64,000 bases of DNA from positions 128,001 through 192,000 of the forward strand of contig OZ241326.1 in assembly GCA_965199855.1 (NCBI GenBank). Reading direction: 5' to 3'. This document shows, piece after piece, positions 62,012 through 64,000 of this stretch (its first letter is position 1; the number at the start of each line of letters is the position of its first letter). The stretch is from a bacterium (lineage in GTDB: Bacteria; UBA8248). The notes beneath the pieces were generated by a model. It saw only the letters and a program-made list of their open reading frames with translations. It was not told the DNA's origin and did no database searches. The translations under genes were made by a program, and so were the position numbers.

Positions 62012-62881
62012 ATGTCCCGCGAACAGTTCGAGGACGCCTCCTATACCGAATTGCGCGGGAATCTGCTCCGGTCGAAAGGCTCCGGGGCGGCGCGGGATTT
62101 TCTGGCCGCCCTGCGCGACAGCGGGGAATTCGCGGAATGGATCGGGGAGCGGGTTCAGGTCGAGCCGGGGGACGGCCTGCCTCTTCTGGAAGACCCGCTC
62201 ACGGAATCGGAGTTCAAGGAGCCGCCCAGAAGCGCGGAAAAATGGATGTTCGACGCCTGGGAATCCATCGCTCCGGCGGACGCCTGCCGGGTTCCGTTCT
62301 GGGGACTCGTGACCCTGCGCCATATCGAGGCGGGGCGGATCGAATCCCGCTATCTGGCCGCGGACGGCGGCGCCTTGTCCGGGGGACGGGAAAGAATCGA
62401 CCGGACGCTGAGGGAAGGAGCCGCAAGCGAGGTTGACGGCGTCGTTCGCGCGGCGTTGCGCCGCATGAGCGGCCTGCCGGAGGCGCGCGGCAGCCGCAGC
62501 GTCTATGTGAACTGCCCGTTCGCGCGCGCATGGTGGCGCGGATATCTGGCGCGCGAGATTTGCGGGGAATCCGGCGCGGAGCCGGGGCGCGTCGCGAAGG
62601 TTCTGAGCGTCTCGCAGTCCTACTGGGAGGAGCTCATCAATCTCGTCGTATCGAGAAATTCCGTCCTGGGCGACGCGAAGGCGCGCACCGCCCTCGTCTG
62701 GGCGCTTTCGGAACTCATCAACGACGAGGACAAAAAGCGCCTGTTCCACGCGAATACGCTGACGCGAATCCAGAGGCTCATCGGGGTTCGCTCCGCGTGG
62801 CAGGAGCTGGGCGTCTTCTCGGTGGGGGAATTGAAGGAGATGATGATCGGCGAGTTCATCGCGGCGATCCGGCCCGGGTAG
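62012..62881 (+). CDS. Hypothetical protein (DUF6339-like, tentative)
   Basis: ATG 8 nt after the upstream stop; FWGLVTL and NCPFARAWWRG motifs. Confidence 0.65.
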   Translation: MSREQFEDASYTELRGNLLRSKGSGAARDFLAALRDSGEFAEWIGERVQVEPGDGLPLLEDPLTESEFKEPPRSAEKWMFDAWESIAPADACRVPFWGLVTLRHIEAGRIESRYLAADGGALSGGRERIDRTLREGAASEVDGVVRAALRRMSGLPEARGSRSVYVNCPFARAWWRGYLAREICGESGAEPGRVAKVLSVSQSYWEELINLVVSRNSVLGDAKARTALVWALSELINDEDKKRLFHANTLTRIQRLIGVRSAWQELGVFSVGELKEMMIGEFIAAIRPG

Positions 62882-62894
62882 CCCTTTCCCCCGC

Positions 62895-64000
62895 TCAGGG
62901 GCCCAGGGTCATCTTCGCGCTCAGGAAGAGGGCGCGTCCCAGGGAGGAGGCGAGGGTCGCGTCCGGGCTCGCGCCGCCGGGGAGGCGCGAGGGGCCGCGG
63001 TCGCCCGCGTTCAGGACGCCGCCCAGCAGCTCCAGCCCCCGCACGCCGAAGGCGCCGCGCCAGCGCAGGGTGAGGTCGTGCCCCGTCCAGCCGCCGTAGC
63101 GGGCGGTTCGCGCGGCGTTCTCGTAGCCCGAGGCGGCGTATACGCTCCAGTTCGCCGTGAAGCGGCCCCGGCTCGCGCGGAGCGAGGCGTGGGCGCGGTC
63201 GCGCGGGTAGGCCGCGGGCCTCTCGCGCCCGGCCGCGCGGGTCTCGCGCTCGCTCACGCGCAGCCAGCGCAGGCTCAGGCGAAAGTCCGCCGCCGCCGTC
63301 TTCCAGGAGGCGCCCGCGCGCGCGTCCAGCCCCCTCAGGTCGATTTCCCCGACGCCGCCCCACGAGCCCTCGATGCGCCTTATCGCCCCGCCCTCGCGCG
63401 CGACGCGCAGGCCGGCGGGCAGGCGTCCCGCCGCGTCGAGATCGACGATCTCCTGCGGGGAGAGCCGCGCGGGCGCCCTGGAGACGCCGACGCGGAACCA
63501 GTCGAGGCTGAACGAGAAGGGCGCCAGGCGCGCCTCGGCGCCCAGGCTCACGCTCTCCGCCTCGTCGGGGGAGAGCCTCGGGTTGCCGCCGTCCACGTGG
63601 AGGGCGCGCGTCCGCTCGCAGCCGCCGCCCGGACGCGGGGCGCAGACGGAAGCCTCGCTCCTCGTCTCATGCTGGCCCATCGCGCGCAGGTCGGGCGCCG
63701 CGCCGCCCGCCCCCCAGGAGGCGCGAAGCGCGAAAGCCTCCGTCGGGCGCCAGCGCGCGGCGACCTCCCGCGAGAGCGTCCCGCCCGCGTCGTCGCGCTC
63801 GTCACGCCGCCCGGCGAGGGAGACCTCCCAGCCCGGGAGCAGGGGGAGGACGACTTCCGCGAACGCGGAGAGGCGCTCGCGCTCGCCGTCCGCCGAGGCG
63901 CCGCTCGCCCCGCGCACGTCGCCCGGGTCGTGGGCGCGGCCGCGCGCGTCGCGGTAGCGGCGGACGTATCGCCACTCCTCGGAGGCGGCCTCGACGCCCC
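62895..64000 (-). CDS. TonB-dependent receptor, C-terminal part (runs off the window)
   Basis: SAFAEVVLP, GGNPRLSPDEAES, GGVLN and a terminal beta-strand pattern. Confidence 0.75.
   Translation of the reverse strand, partial: GVEAASEEWRYVRRYRDARGRAHDPGDVRGASGASADGERERLSAFAEVVLPLLPGWEVSLAGRRDERDDAGGTLSREVAARWRPTEAFALRASWGAGGAAPDLRAMGQHETRSEASVCAPRPGGGCERTRALHVDGGNPRLSPDEAESVSLGAEARLAPFSFSLDWFRVGVSRAPARLSPQEIVDLDAAGRLPAGLRVAREGGAIRRIEGSWGGVGEIDLRGLDARAGASWKTAAADFRLSLRWLRVSERETRAAGRERPAAYPRDRAHASLRASRGRFTANWSVYAASGYENAARTARYGGWTGHDLTLRWRGAFGVRGLELLGGVLNAGDRGPSRLPGGASPDATLASSLGRALFLSAKMTLGP

Noticed and set aside
57757-62881. Canonical Dnd/Ssp phosphorothioation, BREX or sulfate-assimilation locus
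   Set aside because: Required partner genes (SMC-like DndD, SspC, PglZ/BrxC, cysDN) are absent from the window
143-64000. Many long overlapping Arg/Gly/Ala/Pro-rich ORFs in the ORF track (e.g. 12768..15671+, 28194..31079+, 36540..39032-)
   Set aside because: Shadow frames of real high-GC genes; no recognisable motifs

Overview
High-GC bacterial chromosomal window. By gene style it resembles Nitrospinota/Tectomicrobia/deltaproteobacteria-like marine or sponge-associated lineages, but this is inference only. It holds catabolic genes (MmgE/PrpD, two acyl/aryl-CoA ligases, crotonases, a ThDP enzyme, an LLM oxidoreductase, two hydantoinase/oxoprolinase pairs, creatininase, cyclase, cupins, nucleoside hydrolase plus ribokinase), lexA-dinB, uvrA, a complete phoB-phoR-pstSCAB-phoU locus with Pho boxes, a sugar ABC transporter, tadA with tRNA-Ser(CGA), and hflKC. 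Highlights: (1) a four-gene, compositionally distinct cassette at 57.7-62.9 kb encoding a PAPS-reductase/DndC-like PP-loop enzyme, a GHKL/MORC-like ATPase, an unknown protein and a DUF6339-like protein. It is a candidate new DNA-modification/defence system and is preceded by a 4x21-bp repeat. (2) Two tandem AhpC/TSA-fold selenoprotein genes that the ORF track splits, one UxxC and one with a rare UxxU motif, both with a positionally conserved SECIS-like hairpin. (3) A ~200-nt rod-shaped structured RNA candidate at 16.6-16.8 kb. (4) An AT-rich spacer between convergent genes carrying paired NrdR-like boxes and DnaA-like boxes (possible oriC). Family assignments come from motif recognition by eye; no database searches were run.
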